A stretch of 64,000 nucleotides of DNA from the NCBI GenBank assembly GCA_046262715.1, contig JBHEMG010000045.1:986-64985 (forward strand), written 5' to 3'. The first letter of the stretch is position 1. Each line of letters starts with the position of its first letter. The notes beneath the pieces were generated by a model. The model saw nothing but the letters and a program-made list of their open reading frames with translations, searched no databases and was not told where the DNA came from. Shown piece after piece: positions 26,710 to 35,320 of this stretch. This DNA comes from Gemmatimonadales bacterium (GTDB lineage: Bacteria; Gemmatimonadota; Gemmatimonadetes; Gemmatimonadales; GWC2-71-9). A program made the translations under genes and the position numbers.

Positions 26710-27725
26710 GTCGTAATCTCGGCGGTTTCGAGACCGGGAAGGGGCAGATCGGCGCGCGCGTCGAGCGTCCAATCGCTGCGCTCGCCTAAACGCAACCGAT
26801 GCCAGCCGCAGCGCGCAATCATCGCGGCGTTGTCAGTGTTCAGTCGGGGGCTTGCGACCGCCACGCGCGCCGTTCCGGCGAGGCGCTCTGCGGCGCGGAT
26901 TGCCAGCGCTTTGCTGCACGCCACGCCGCCGCCCAGCACCGCGGTCGGGTACCCGGTGGCGCGCACCGCGCGTTCGAGCTTGGTGACGAGCACATCGATC
27001 ACGGCGTCCTGGAACGCCCGCGCGATATCCGCGCGATCGCGAGCCACATCGGTGGACGCACGCACGGCGTATAACACCGCCGTCTTCAGGCCGGAGAACG
27101 AGAACTCGTAGCTTTCATTAATCATGGGGCGCGGAAAGGTGAACCGCCCCGGGGTGCCTTCGCGCGCCAGGCGCTCGATGGCCGGACCGCCGGGATATCC
27201 CAGTCCCAGGAGTGTCGCGACTTTGTCGAACGCTTCGCCGGCCGCGTCGTCGCGTGTTTCACCCAGGAGGCGATAGCGGCCCCACTCAGAAACGTCGAGC
27301 AGCAGCGTATGTCCACCCGAAACGAGCAGTGCTACGAACGGCGGCGCGAGATCGCGGTCCTCGATGGCCGGCGCGAACAGATGTCCTTCCATATGATGCA
27401 CGCCGATGAGCGCCCGATCGCCCGCGTACGCAAATGCCTTGGCGAACACGACGCCGACCAGTAGTGCGCCGGCTAGTCCGGGTCCGGCGGTCACCGCCAC
27501 CGCGTCGATCGCGGACGGCGCGAGGCCCGCTTCGGCAAGGGCGCGATCGACCACCGCGGGCAGCGCGGCAAGGTGCGCGCGGCTGGCCAGCTCCGGCACC
27601 ACGCCGCCGAAAATCTTGTGCACGTCCTGCGACAGGATCACGAGACTCGCGAGCTCGCCCGAGACGAGCACCGCCGCCGACGTCTCGTCGCACGAAGTCT
27701 CGATGCCGAGGACGGCGTCAGCCAC
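26706..27725 (-). CDS. tsaD: tRNA N6-adenosine threonylcarbamoyltransferase
   Basis: The 339-aa ORF has LGIETSCDETSAAV and the HHMEGH metal motif, with Kae1/TsaD length. Confidence 0.93.
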   Translation of the reverse strand: MADAVLGIETSCDETSAAVLVSGELASLVILSQDVHKIFGGVVPELASRAHLAALPAVVDRALAEAGLAPSAIDAVAVTAGPGLAGALLVGVVFAKAFAYAGDRALIGVHHMEGHLFAPAIEDRDLAPPFVALLVSGGHTLLLDVSEWGRYRLLGETRDDAAGEAFDKVATLLGLGYPGGPAIERLAREGTPGRFTFPRPMINESYEFSFSGLKTAVLYAVRASTDVARDRADIARAFQDAVIDVLVTKLERAVRATGYPTAVLGGGVACSKALAIRAAERLAGTARVAVASPRLNTDNAAMIARCGWHRLRLGERSDWTLDARADLPLPGLETAEITT

Positions 27726-28659
27726 GGCGGGTCGGCGCGCCGCGCCGCCGGACGATGACGGAATCGGGGATGGCCCGCGCGGTGATGCCGCGGGGCGCGA
27801 TCACGGTGATGCGCGCGGCGCCCCCGGCGGTGCCGGTGATATGCGCGATGACCCGCACCGAATCGCGTGTGAGGGCGTGTACCCGTTCTGCGGGTCCGCG
27901 CACCGAGACAGACACACGCGGCGGAGTCACGATGAAGTTGGTGATCGCCCCAGCGCCCGTCTCCACGGCGATCCCCGCGAACGAGCGCTCGGCAATCGCA
28001 CCCATGTCACCCGTGATGGTCACCTGCTTGGGCAGCAGCCGCACGATGCCGAGCGGCATCGTGTCGATGGGCACGGTACGTGTGAAGGCGCCCGAGACGC
28101 TCGTGAGCTCCACCGGAATCGTGGTGACGGACTCCATCGTTGCCAGGATCTTCTCCGGCCCCACGAGGCGCGCGGTGGTGGGTGTCATCGATAGCCCACC
28201 ATGCAGCACCTGCGCTGAGTCCGGGGTGACGGTGACGAGCGAAACAATGCGCACGTCCTTGTGGGCCACGCTGTCGAGCACGAGTGTGATGTCACTCGGC
28301 CGCACCTCCATCACGCGCACGTCGGCGCCCTTCGGCAGCTCCAACTCGACCTCGTTGGGCTCCAGGTGGATCGCGAAGGTCGTGGCGGTGAGGGTATCGG
28401 GGACCCGGCGCGTGATGTCTCCGGCGAGCGAGCGGAGCTTGAGGATCTGGCTGCCCTTGCCGGAGATTTGCACGCGTACCTTGGGCGCCTTTTGAACCAG
28501 GGCCCGCCCGGGCGGGAGCTGCACGTTGAGTGTGACGTCAAAGCTGGTCGTCACGGGCTGTTGCAGCTGCACCGCCACGTAGAGCATCAACGCGAGAAAG
28601 ATCGCCGCCCCCTTGATGGGCCAGTTGCGGGTGATCAACTGCAGCAGGTTAGCGCGCAT
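27718..28659 (-). CDS. YbbR-domain protein (CdaR-like)
   Basis: The 313-aa ORF has an N-terminal TM (WPIKGAAIFLALMLYVAV) followed by repeated YbbR-like beta modules. Confidence 0.7.
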   Translation of the reverse strand: MRANLLQLITRNWPIKGAAIFLALMLYVAVQLQQPVTTSFDVTLNVQLPPGRALVQKAPKVRVQISGKGSQILKLRSLAGDITRRVPDTLTATTFAIHLEPNEVELELPKGADVRVMEVRPSDITLVLDSVAHKDVRIVSLVTVTPDSAQVLHGGLSMTPTTARLVGPEKILATMESVTTIPVELTSVSGAFTRTVPIDTMPLGIVRLLPKQVTITGDMGAIAERSFAGIAVETGAGAITNFIVTPPRVSVSVRGPAERVHALTRDSVRVIAHITGTAGGAARITVIAPRGITARAIPDSVIVRRRGAPTRRG

Positions 28660-29185
28660 CGAGCAGCCGGCGAATCAGCATCTCGTTAACGGGCGCGTTC
28701 CAGTCCGCCGCACCGATGACTTTTTTTACGATGACGCCGTCGCGATCGATCACGAAGCTCTCCGGCACCCCGGTCGTCTGATAGATGCGGCGAATCGAGC
28801 CGTCGCGGTTGTGAAGAATCTCGAACGTGAGCCCCATGTCCTTCACGAATTTGTCCACCACCGTCGAATCGTCTTCGTCCACGCTGACCGCGACGAGCCG
28901 GAAGTCGGTGCCGGCGAGCTTGCGGTGCAAACTCTCCATCGAGGGCATCTCGACCTTGCAGGGCGGACACCAGGTGGCCCAAATGTTGAGCAGAACGACT
29001 TTGCCGCGATAGTCCTCGATCTCTGCCGCCCGGCCCGTAGGCAGCTGTACCGCGGCGAACTCCGGTGCGGTCGATCCCACTTCGATCAGGTTGAGCTGGG
29101 GCCGCAGCTTGATGGCGAGCGCGACGCCGAACACGGCCGTCATCACGACGCTCGCGATCAACGTCCATTGCTGGCGGTTCGTCAT
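28649..29185 (-). CDS. TlpA/ResA-like thiol:disulfide oxidoreductase (membrane-anchored thioredoxin fold)
   Basis: The ORF is trimmed to ATG 29185 (MTNRQQWTLIASVVMTAVFGV), which forms an ATGA overlap with the rpe stop. It has a WCPPC active site. Confidence 0.85.
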   Translation of the reverse strand: MTNRQQWTLIASVVMTAVFGVALAIKLRPQLNLIEVGSTAPEFAAVQLPTGRAAEIEDYRGKVVLLNIWATWCPPCKVEMPSMESLHRKLAGTDFRLVAVSVDEDDSTVVDKFVKDMGLTFEILHNRDGSIRRIYQTTGVPESFVIDRDGVIVKKVIGAADWNAPVNEMLIRRLLDAR

Positions 29186-29853
29186 ACCGTCACCATGCAG
29201 CGGCGCCGCAATTCCCGCACTTCGCGGGCAGGATCGGCGCTGGCAAAAATCGCGTTCCCCGCGACGAACGTGTCGGCACCGGCATGATACGCGTCCGCAA
29301 TGGTTCGTCCCGTAATGCCACCGTCGACCTCGAGAAAACATTGGGCACGCTGCGCAGCGAGCAGTGCCCGGGCACGCTGGATCTTCTCATTCGAACCGGG
29401 AAGGTAACTCTGTCCACCAAATCCTGGGTTCACCGTCATGATCAGCAACAAATCGAGATCGCGGACGACTTCTTCCGCGTGGGCGAGCGGTGTGCCCGGA
29501 TTGAGCACGAGTCCCGCCATCATGCCCGCTTTTTTTACGGCGGCGAGCTGGCGCTGGACGTGGACGGTGGCCTCGGGATGAAACGAAAACGCCGACGCGC
29601 CCGCGGCGGCGAACGACTCGATGTAGTGCTCCGGCTCGACCACCATCAGGTGCACGTCGATCGGCTTGTCCGTCAACTTGCGAAGTGTGGCGATCATGTT
29701 CGCGCCGAAGGTGATGTTCGGGACGAAGCGGCCGTCCATCACATCGACGTGCAGCCAGTCGGCGCCGGCCTCGAGCACCTGCGCGACCTGCTCGGGCAGG
29801 CGGGCCAGGTCGGCCGACAGCACGCTCGGCGCGATGCGAATCTCGTTTTTCAT
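29182..29853 (-). CDS. rpe: Ribulose-phosphate 3-epimerase
   Basis: The 223-aa ORF has IAPSVLSADLARL, HVDVMDGRFVPN and VNPGFGGQ. Confidence 0.93.
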   Translation of the reverse strand: MKNEIRIAPSVLSADLARLPEQVAQVLEAGADWLHVDVMDGRFVPNITFGANMIATLRKLTDKPIDVHLMVVEPEHYIESFAAAGASAFSFHPEATVHVQRQLAAVKKAGMMAGLVLNPGTPLAHAEEVVRDLDLLLIMTVNPGFGGQSYLPGSNEKIQRARALLAAQRAQCFLEVDGGITGRTIADAYHAGADTFVAGNAIFASADPAREVRELRRRCMVTV

Positions 29854-30608
29854 TGCGGGCTGCGCGCCACGACGATGTCCACCACCGTCCCGGGGGCCGC
29901 GAGCGTGCCGGCCGCCGGTCGCTGACCCACGACCGTGCCGGGCGAGGCGTCTGCGGTTCGGCGCCGGGTGACCGTGCCAAGCTGCAGCCCTTCCATCTCG
30001 AGGCGGGTGCGGGCGTCCCCGGACGCCATGCCGAGCAGATCGGGGATCGGAATCGTTGGCGCCCCGCGACTGACGACCACGGCCACCCCGGCTCCGGGGG
30101 TGAGCGCCGTGCCCGCCGGCGGCCGCGTCAACATTGCGAGTCCGGCCAGCGAGTCCGCCTGGACCGATTCCACCTGACTGACGACCAATCCCGCGGACTG
30201 AATGAGCGATTGCGCGAGTCCGCCGTCGAGCTTCGCGACGTCCGGGACCGGAATCTTGGGCGGGCCGGCGCTCGAGATCAGAGTCACCTTCGTGCCTTCA
30301 GGCGCGATCACGCCCGGCGGTGGATCCTGCCAGATCACCTGGCCTTGCGTCGCCGTGGGATGCGGCTCGGCGCCACCATCGGTCACCTGCAACTTTGCGT
30401 TCTGAATCTCCGACTGCGCTTCCTGAAGTGTCAGGCCGAGGACCCGGGGCACGGATTGGTGACCAGGGAGCAGCGGCGCAGGGAACAGGATGAGATAGGC
30501 GGTGAGATATCCCGCGAGGACGGCGCCGAGCGCCGCGCCGATCCACCGGAGCACGCGGCGATTAAGCTTTATATCCTGCCACGGCGCGAAATGGCGGCGA
30601 ACGCGCAT
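29850..30608 (-). CDS. Membrane-anchored protein with three PASTA domains, no kinase or transpeptidase domain
   Basis: The 252-aa ORF has an N-terminal TM (WIGAALGAVLAGYLTAYLILF). Three modules of about 65 aa follow, each starting (I/V)P(V/R/I)(P)D/V...G and ending ...V.(L/V)..S.G, as in PASTA repeats. Confidence 0.75.
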   Translation of the reverse strand: MRVRRHFAPWQDIKLNRRVLRWIGAALGAVLAGYLTAYLILFPAPLLPGHQSVPRVLGLTLQEAQSEIQNAKLQVTDGGAEPHPTATQGQVIWQDPPPGVIAPEGTKVTLISSAGPPKIPVPDVAKLDGGLAQSLIQSAGLVVSQVESVQADSLAGLAMLTRPPAGTALTPGAGVAVVVSRGAPTIPIPDLLGMASGDARTRLEMEGLQLGTVTRRRTADASPGTVVGQRPAAGTLAAPGTVVDIVVARSPQ

Positions 30609-31942
30609 TACACCGCCCGCACGAGGCGCGCGGCGTAGGCGCCGTCGATGCCGTGGCGCTGCGGCAGCGATTGGAAATCGCCGGCGGGCGTGATCAGCTC
30701 GGCCGGCACCGCGTCGCTGCGCGGCGACGAGCGCGTGAATTCCGGATGACTGTTCAGAAAGCTCTCCACGACCTGTTCATTCTCCTCGGGCTCGAGCGAG
30801 CAGGTTGCGTAAATCAGGAGCCCTTCCGGCCGCACGAGCGGTGCGGCGGCGGCGAGCAGCCGCTTTTGCCGGGCGGCGGCTCGCGTAAAGATCGCCGGCT
30901 CGAGACGCCAGCGCGCGTCGGGATGCCGCCGCATGGTCCCCGTGGCGCTGCACGGTGCGTCGACGAGGACCGCATCGAGGCTCCCGGCGCGCAGCGGCGC
31001 AGCTTCAAGATTGGCAGCAACGCAGCGGATTGCCACTCCTGCGCGACGCGCGGTATCGGCGAGGCGGCCGATGCGGTCGTGACGCGCATCGCCGGCGAGT
31101 ACTCGCGCTCCGGCCGTTTCGAGCGCCACTGCCTTCCCACCGGGTGCGGCGCAGGCATCGTACACCAGGGCCCGGGGCGGGATTTGGGCGAACCGAGCAA
31201 CCAACGCGTGAGCGGGGTCCTGTACGATGAAGGCGCCTGCGGTGAAACCAGGCAGGTCCTTCACGATCCCGGTCACGCGTATTCCGGCGCCAAAGGGTGC
31301 CTCCGCGGCCTCGATCCCGCGTTCCCGAAACTGACATATCAACGATTGTGGATATGAGCGCGCCGGCTGCACGATCAGGTCGGGCCTCGCGTCGTTCCAC
31401 TCGAGCAGTCGTTTCGTCTCGCCTTCACCGAATCGACCCACCCATCGCGCAACCAGCCACTCGGGATGGGTGTTGAGGGAGGTTCGCGACCTCTGGGCTG
31501 CGATTTTTCGCAACGCCTGATTCACAAAACCGGCGACGCGCTCACCCACGGTCGCTCTCGCAAGTTCGACGGAGGTTGATACGGCTGCATGCGCAGGTAC
31601 GCGGCTCAGGAAGCGGAGCTGGTATGCCCCCAACCGCAGCACGTCGTGCAGCCGGGGATCGGCATGACCCAGATCGAGCGCCGTGTCGAGCTCGCGTTGG
31701 CGGCGCAGCACGCCGGCGGACAGCTCGTAGGCCAGCCGGCGGTCACGCTCGGCCAGACCAGCGAGGTGGCGGTCGCGGGCATCGGTCAGGGGTGCGCCGG
31801 CACGTACGTCGCGGAGGATCTCCAAGGCCGCCCGGCGCGCGGCAGGTGCTTCTTTAATCCAGCATCCCCTTCGGCGGCGAGGACGGCATGGCAACTTCCC
31901 GCCGTGGCATGCGGCCCGCGAGATAGGCGGCGCGCCCGGCAA
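30608..31942 (-). CDS. rsmB: 16S rRNA (cytosine967-C5)-methyltransferase
   Basis: The ORF has a NusB-like N-terminal domain and a C5-MTase core with DAPCSATG (motif IV) and TCS (motif VI). The start is uncertain. TTG 31942 overlaps thiG by 89 nt, and the alternatives are ATT 31858 or TTG 31825. Confidence 0.85.
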   Translation of the reverse strand: MPGAPPISRAACHGGKLPCRPRRRRGCWIKEAPAARRAALEILRDVRAGAPLTDARDRHLAGLAERDRRLAYELSAGVLRRQRELDTALDLGHADPRLHDVLRLGAYQLRFLSRVPAHAAVSTSVELARATVGERVAGFVNQALRKIAAQRSRTSLNTHPEWLVARWVGRFGEGETKRLLEWNDARPDLIVQPARSYPQSLICQFRERGIEAAEAPFGAGIRVTGIVKDLPGFTAGAFIVQDPAHALVARFAQIPPRALVYDACAAPGGKAVALETAGARVLAGDARHDRIGRLADTARRAGVAIRCVAANLEAAPLRAGSLDAVLVDAPCSATGTMRRHPDARWRLEPAIFTRAAARQKRLLAAAAPLVRPEGLLIYATCSLEPEENEQVVESFLNSHPEFTRSSPRSDAVPAELITPAGDFQSLPQRHGIDGAYAARLVRAV

Positions 31943-32660
31943 TCGTCGCGAGACGCATCGCCGTCGCCATGGCCACCGGATCCTGCGCCGCCGCGATGGC
32001 CGTGTTCATGAGAATCCCGTCCACGCCTTGCTCCATCGTTAGGCACGCGTCGGACGCGGTCCCGACGCCGGCATCCACGATCACCGGCACGTGCAAGCGC
32101 CGCTTGATCGTCCGGACGCTGAACGGATTGAGCAGGCCGAGTCCCGAGCCAATGGGCGAGGCGAGCGGCATGACCGCGGCGCAGCCCATGTCTTCGAGCC
32201 GCAGCGCCGTGACGAGGTCTTCATTGGTATAGGCGAGGACCTTAAAGCCTTCCTGCACGAGCACCTTCGCGGCTTCGAGCAGGCCGGCGACGTCGGGAAG
32301 CAGCGTTTCCTCGTCGCCGATTACCTCGAGCTTCACGAAGTCGTTGAACCCCGCCTCGCGCGCGAGCCGGGCGTAGCGGATCGCATCGGCCGCGGTGTAG
32401 CAGCCGGCGGTGTTGGCGAGCAGAAAGATTTTCGTCGCGTCGAGGAAATGCAGGACGCTCGATTCCTTCGAGCGATCGAGATTGACCCGGCGCACCGCGA
32501 CGGTCACGACCTCGGCGCCGGAGGCGTCGATCGCGCGCACCATCGTGTCCATGTCGGGATACTTCCCCGTGCCAACCATCAGGCGCGACTGGAAGGTGCG
32601 CCCGCCGATTTCGAGCGGCGTATCCCGGATTGCCTCAACTGCGGTCGTCATCTGTCTCAT
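31854..32660 (-). CDS. thiG: Thiazole synthase
   Basis: The 268-aa ORF has RLMVGTGKY, the Schiff-base Lys region (FVKLEVIGD) and PLASPIGSG. Confidence 0.93.
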   Translation of the reverse strand: MRQMTTAVEAIRDTPLEIGGRTFQSRLMVGTGKYPDMDTMVRAIDASGAEVVTVAVRRVNLDRSKESSVLHFLDATKIFLLANTAGCYTAADAIRYARLAREAGFNDFVKLEVIGDEETLLPDVAGLLEAAKVLVQEGFKVLAYTNEDLVTALRLEDMGCAAVMPLASPIGSGLGLLNPFSVRTIKRRLHVPVIVDAGVGTASDACLTMEQGVDGILMNTAIAAAQDPVAMATAMRLATIAGRAAYLAGRMPRREVAMPSSPPKGMLD

Positions 32661-32866
32661 CCCCCGCCTACGAAATGCACCAGCTCGATCGCATCCCCGG
32701 CGGAGACCGTGACCTCGCCCAGCGCCGGCCGCCGAACGATATGGCGGTTGTGCTCGACCACCACCGCGCGCGGGTCGAGCTCCAGCTCGCTGAGCAGCTC
32801 GAGCAGCGTCCCAGAGCCGACCCGCTTGCGCTCTCCATTTATCACGACGTCAACCCACTGTGTCAT
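32657..32866 (-). CDS. thiS: Sulfur carrier protein ThiS
   Basis: The 69-aa ORF has ubiquitin-like-fold length and ends ...ELVHFVGGG, a C-terminal Gly-Gly. It has ATGA overlaps on both sides. Confidence 0.88.
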   Translation of the reverse strand: MTQWVDVVINGERKRVGSGTLLELLSELELDPRAVVVEHNRHIVRRPALGEVTVSAGDAIELVHFVGGG

Positions 32867-33480
32867 GCCAGCAGCTCCTCCCGCATTCTGCGCGCAGCCG
32901 CGAGCGGCTCCGCATCATCCCATAATGCCCGGATCGCTGCGACGCCGTAGGCGCCGCTACGGCGCACCTCGCGCACGCGTTCGATAGTGATGCCGCCAAT
33001 CGCGATCACCGGCAGATCGCCGGTGGCCGCGTTGATGGCGGCGAGTCCGTCGAGACCCAGCGGCGCGCGATCCGGATGTGAAGCCGTCGCGAATACCGGC
33101 CCAACCACAAGATAATCGGCACCTTCCGTCTTTGCGGTTTCCGCCCCCGCCAAGTCGTGTATCGACTTACCGATCCACCACACCGGATTGAGCGCGCGCG
33201 CGGCACTGACCGGGAGGCTTTCGTGGCCGAGCTGAACGCCTGCCGAGGGAACGGCGAGCGCGATATCGAGGCGGTCGTTGACAAACAGGAACGATGGGGA
33301 ATGGGAGAGTTGGAGAGACAAGGTGTAGTGCTCGAGCCCGGACAGTGCACGGCCGCGGGCGTGAAACGCCAGCTCCGAGCCGCCTCCGCGCCCAAGCTCG
33401 CGTGCCACATCCTCGAGATCCGCGCGCCGGGCAATGCGCTCGTCAGTGATCGCATGCAGCCGCGGCAGCGGCGCTCTCAT
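32863..33480 (-). CDS. thiE: Thiamine-phosphate synthase
   Basis: The ORF is trimmed to ATG 33480 (MRAPLPRLHAITDE), which forms an ATGA overlap with the fmt stop. It has TMP-TENI family motifs (GADYLVVGPVF, AIGGI). Confidence 0.88.
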   Translation of the reverse strand: MRAPLPRLHAITDERIARRADLEDVARELGRGGGSELAFHARGRALSGLEHYTLSLQLSHSPSFLFVNDRLDIALAVPSAGVQLGHESLPVSAARALNPVWWIGKSIHDLAGAETAKTEGADYLVVGPVFATASHPDRAPLGLDGLAAINAATGDLPVIAIGGITIERVREVRRSGAYGVAAIRALWDDAEPLAAARRMREELLA

Positions 33481-34436
33481 GTGAATCGCGTGCCGGGCTT
33501 GAGTCGCGCGCCGCGCAGCCATTGCTCCGTGGTCATCCGACCTTTGCCGGCGGGCTGCACTTCAAAGATTTCGACCGAGCCGCCCGCGGTGTCTTTGAAC
33601 GGTCCCGTGGCGATGACGAGCGTGATATCGGCCGACACCACTTCCCCCGGCGCGCCGGTCCCGGGAAAGGGCGTTTCCATGACCCGCGGCGCGAACAGCT
33701 TGATCTCCGCGCCATGCACTTCCGTCCACGCACCGGGGCGCGGGTCGAGCCCGCGGATGAGGCAGGCGACCGCGCGCGCGTCTTTGGACCAATCGATGCG
33801 CGCGCTCTCACGCGTCAGCTTCGGCGCGAACGTCGCGCGACTGTCGTTCTGCGGCACCGGTTGGGGCGGGGGATCGCTCTGCTCCAACATCGCGAGCGTC
33901 TCGACGAGCGCCTGCGCTCCCACCTCGGCGAGATGCGCCGACAGCTCGCCCCCAGTGACCTCAGTTCCGATGCGATGCGGGATTTGGTGGAGGATCGGTC
34001 CGGAATCCATGCCGGCGTCGAGCTGCATGATCGTGACGCCCGTCGTCTCATGACCGCGGATAATGGCCCATTCGATAGGCGCGGCGCCCCGCAATCCCGG
34101 CAACAGCGACGGATGCACGTTCAGCATACCGCGTGGCGGTAGCTCCAGCAGCGCCGGCTTCAGAATGTGGCCGTACGCGACGACCACGCCGACGTCCGGA
34201 CGCAGGTCCCGCAGCGTCTGCAGAAATTCGCTGTTGGTCGGCTTGTTGGGCTGCAGGATCGTGAGCTCTTCCGCCTCGGCGGCAACCTTGACCGGCGGTG
34301 GAATCAACGTCGAGCGCGAGCGCCCCTGCGCGGCATCGGGTTGTGTGACAACGGCGACGACGTCGAAGCCTTCTCCGACGAGGGCGCGCAGTGAGGGGAC
34401 CGCGAATTCGGGTGTCCCGAAGAAGGCCACGCGCAC
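33477..34436 (-). CDS. fmt: Methionyl-tRNA formyltransferase
   Basis: The 319-aa ORF has (V)RVAFFGTPEFAV and NVHPSLLPGLRGAAPI. It uses a GTG start directly abutting the def stop. Confidence 0.93.
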   Translation of the reverse strand: MRVAFFGTPEFAVPSLRALVGEGFDVVAVVTQPDAAQGRSRSTLIPPPVKVAAEAEELTILQPNKPTNSEFLQTLRDLRPDVGVVVAYGHILKPALLELPPRGMLNVHPSLLPGLRGAAPIEWAIIRGHETTGVTIMQLDAGMDSGPILHQIPHRIGTEVTGGELSAHLAEVGAQALVETLAMLEQSDPPPQPVPQNDSRATFAPKLTRESARIDWSKDARAVACLIRGLDPRPGAWTEVHGAEIKLFAPRVMETPFPGTGAPGEVVSADITLVIATGPFKDTAGGSVEIFEVQPAGKGRMTTEQWLRGARLKPGTRFT

Positions 34437-34985
34437 TTAGAGCTCACCCGCCGGCTCCGGCGTAACCTCCTTGAGGTATCCCTTCAGCCCTTTGCGCGAT
34501 TTTTTCCATTTGGCGACCAGCAGGCTCCGCTTCACCGCGCTCAGATGATCGAGAAACAGAATGCCGTCGAGATGGTCGATCTCGTGTTGAATCGCGCGCG
34601 CCTTGTAGCCTTGGGCTGTGATCTGAAACGACCGCCCCTCCCGGTCCAGCGCTGTTACCACGACGCGGGCAGAGCGAGTGACGTCGCCGAAGATGTCGGG
34701 AATCGAGAGGCAGCCTTCTTCGGCATCCTCGATCTCGTCGCCGCGCTCCAGGATGACGGGATTGATGAGGGCGAGCGGCGGCGGATCCTCGTCACCGATA
34801 TCGACCACGGCGACGCGGCGCGCGACGCCGATCTGGTTCGCGGCGAGGCCCACGCCTTTGGCGGCGCGCATCGTTTCGAACAGGTCGTCGACCAGCTGGC
34901 GCACCTCGTCATCCACGGCGGCGACCGGCGCCGCCTGCTGGCGCAGCACCGGCGAGCCGAGCAGATGCAGGGTGCGAACGGTCAC
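34437..34985 (-). CDS. def: Peptide deformylase
   Basis: The 182-aa ORF has all three PDF motifs: GVGLAANQ, EGCLS and HEIDH. Confidence 0.94.
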   Translation of the reverse strand: MTVRTLHLLGSPVLRQQAAPVAAVDDEVRQLVDDLFETMRAAKGVGLAANQIGVARRVAVVDIGDEDPPPLALINPVILERGDEIEDAEEGCLSIPDIFGDVTRSARVVVTALDREGRSFQITAQGYKARAIQHEIDHLDGILFLDHLSAVKRSLLVAKWKKSRKGLKGYLKEVTPEPAGEL

Positions 34986-35320
34986 GCCGGCTTCGCCGCC
35001 TCCACCGCGGTGCGGTTGGTGATGCTGGCGATGCCGCTGCGCATGATCTCAAACTTCGCCTCGCCGCTGCGGACCGTGACGACGTCCTCCTTGATGTGCA
35101 CGACTTCACCCACGATCCCGCTCGAGGTCACGACGCGGTCGCCGCGTTGCAGCGATGCGAGCAGCTCCTTGTGCTGCGCCTGCTGGCGGCGTTGCGGCCG
35201 AATCAGCAGGAAGTAAAAGATTCCGATGAACAGGCCGATCTGGAGCACGAAGGCGCTGATGCCCGGGCCACCCTGGCCCGAGGGAGCGAACAGCAGCGGC
35301 AACAGTGATGCGGTGGTCAT
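34982..35320 (-). CDS. yajC: Preprotein translocase subunit YajC
   Basis: The 112-aa ORF has one TM and the segment IRPQRRQQAQHKELLASLQRGDRVVTSSGIVGEV typical of YajC. Confidence 0.88.
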   Translation of the reverse strand: MTTASLLPLLFAPSGQGGPGISAFVLQIGLFIGIFYFLLIRPQRRQQAQHKELLASLQRGDRVVTSSGIVGEVVHIKEDVVTVRSGEAKFEIMRSGIASITNRTAVEAAKPA

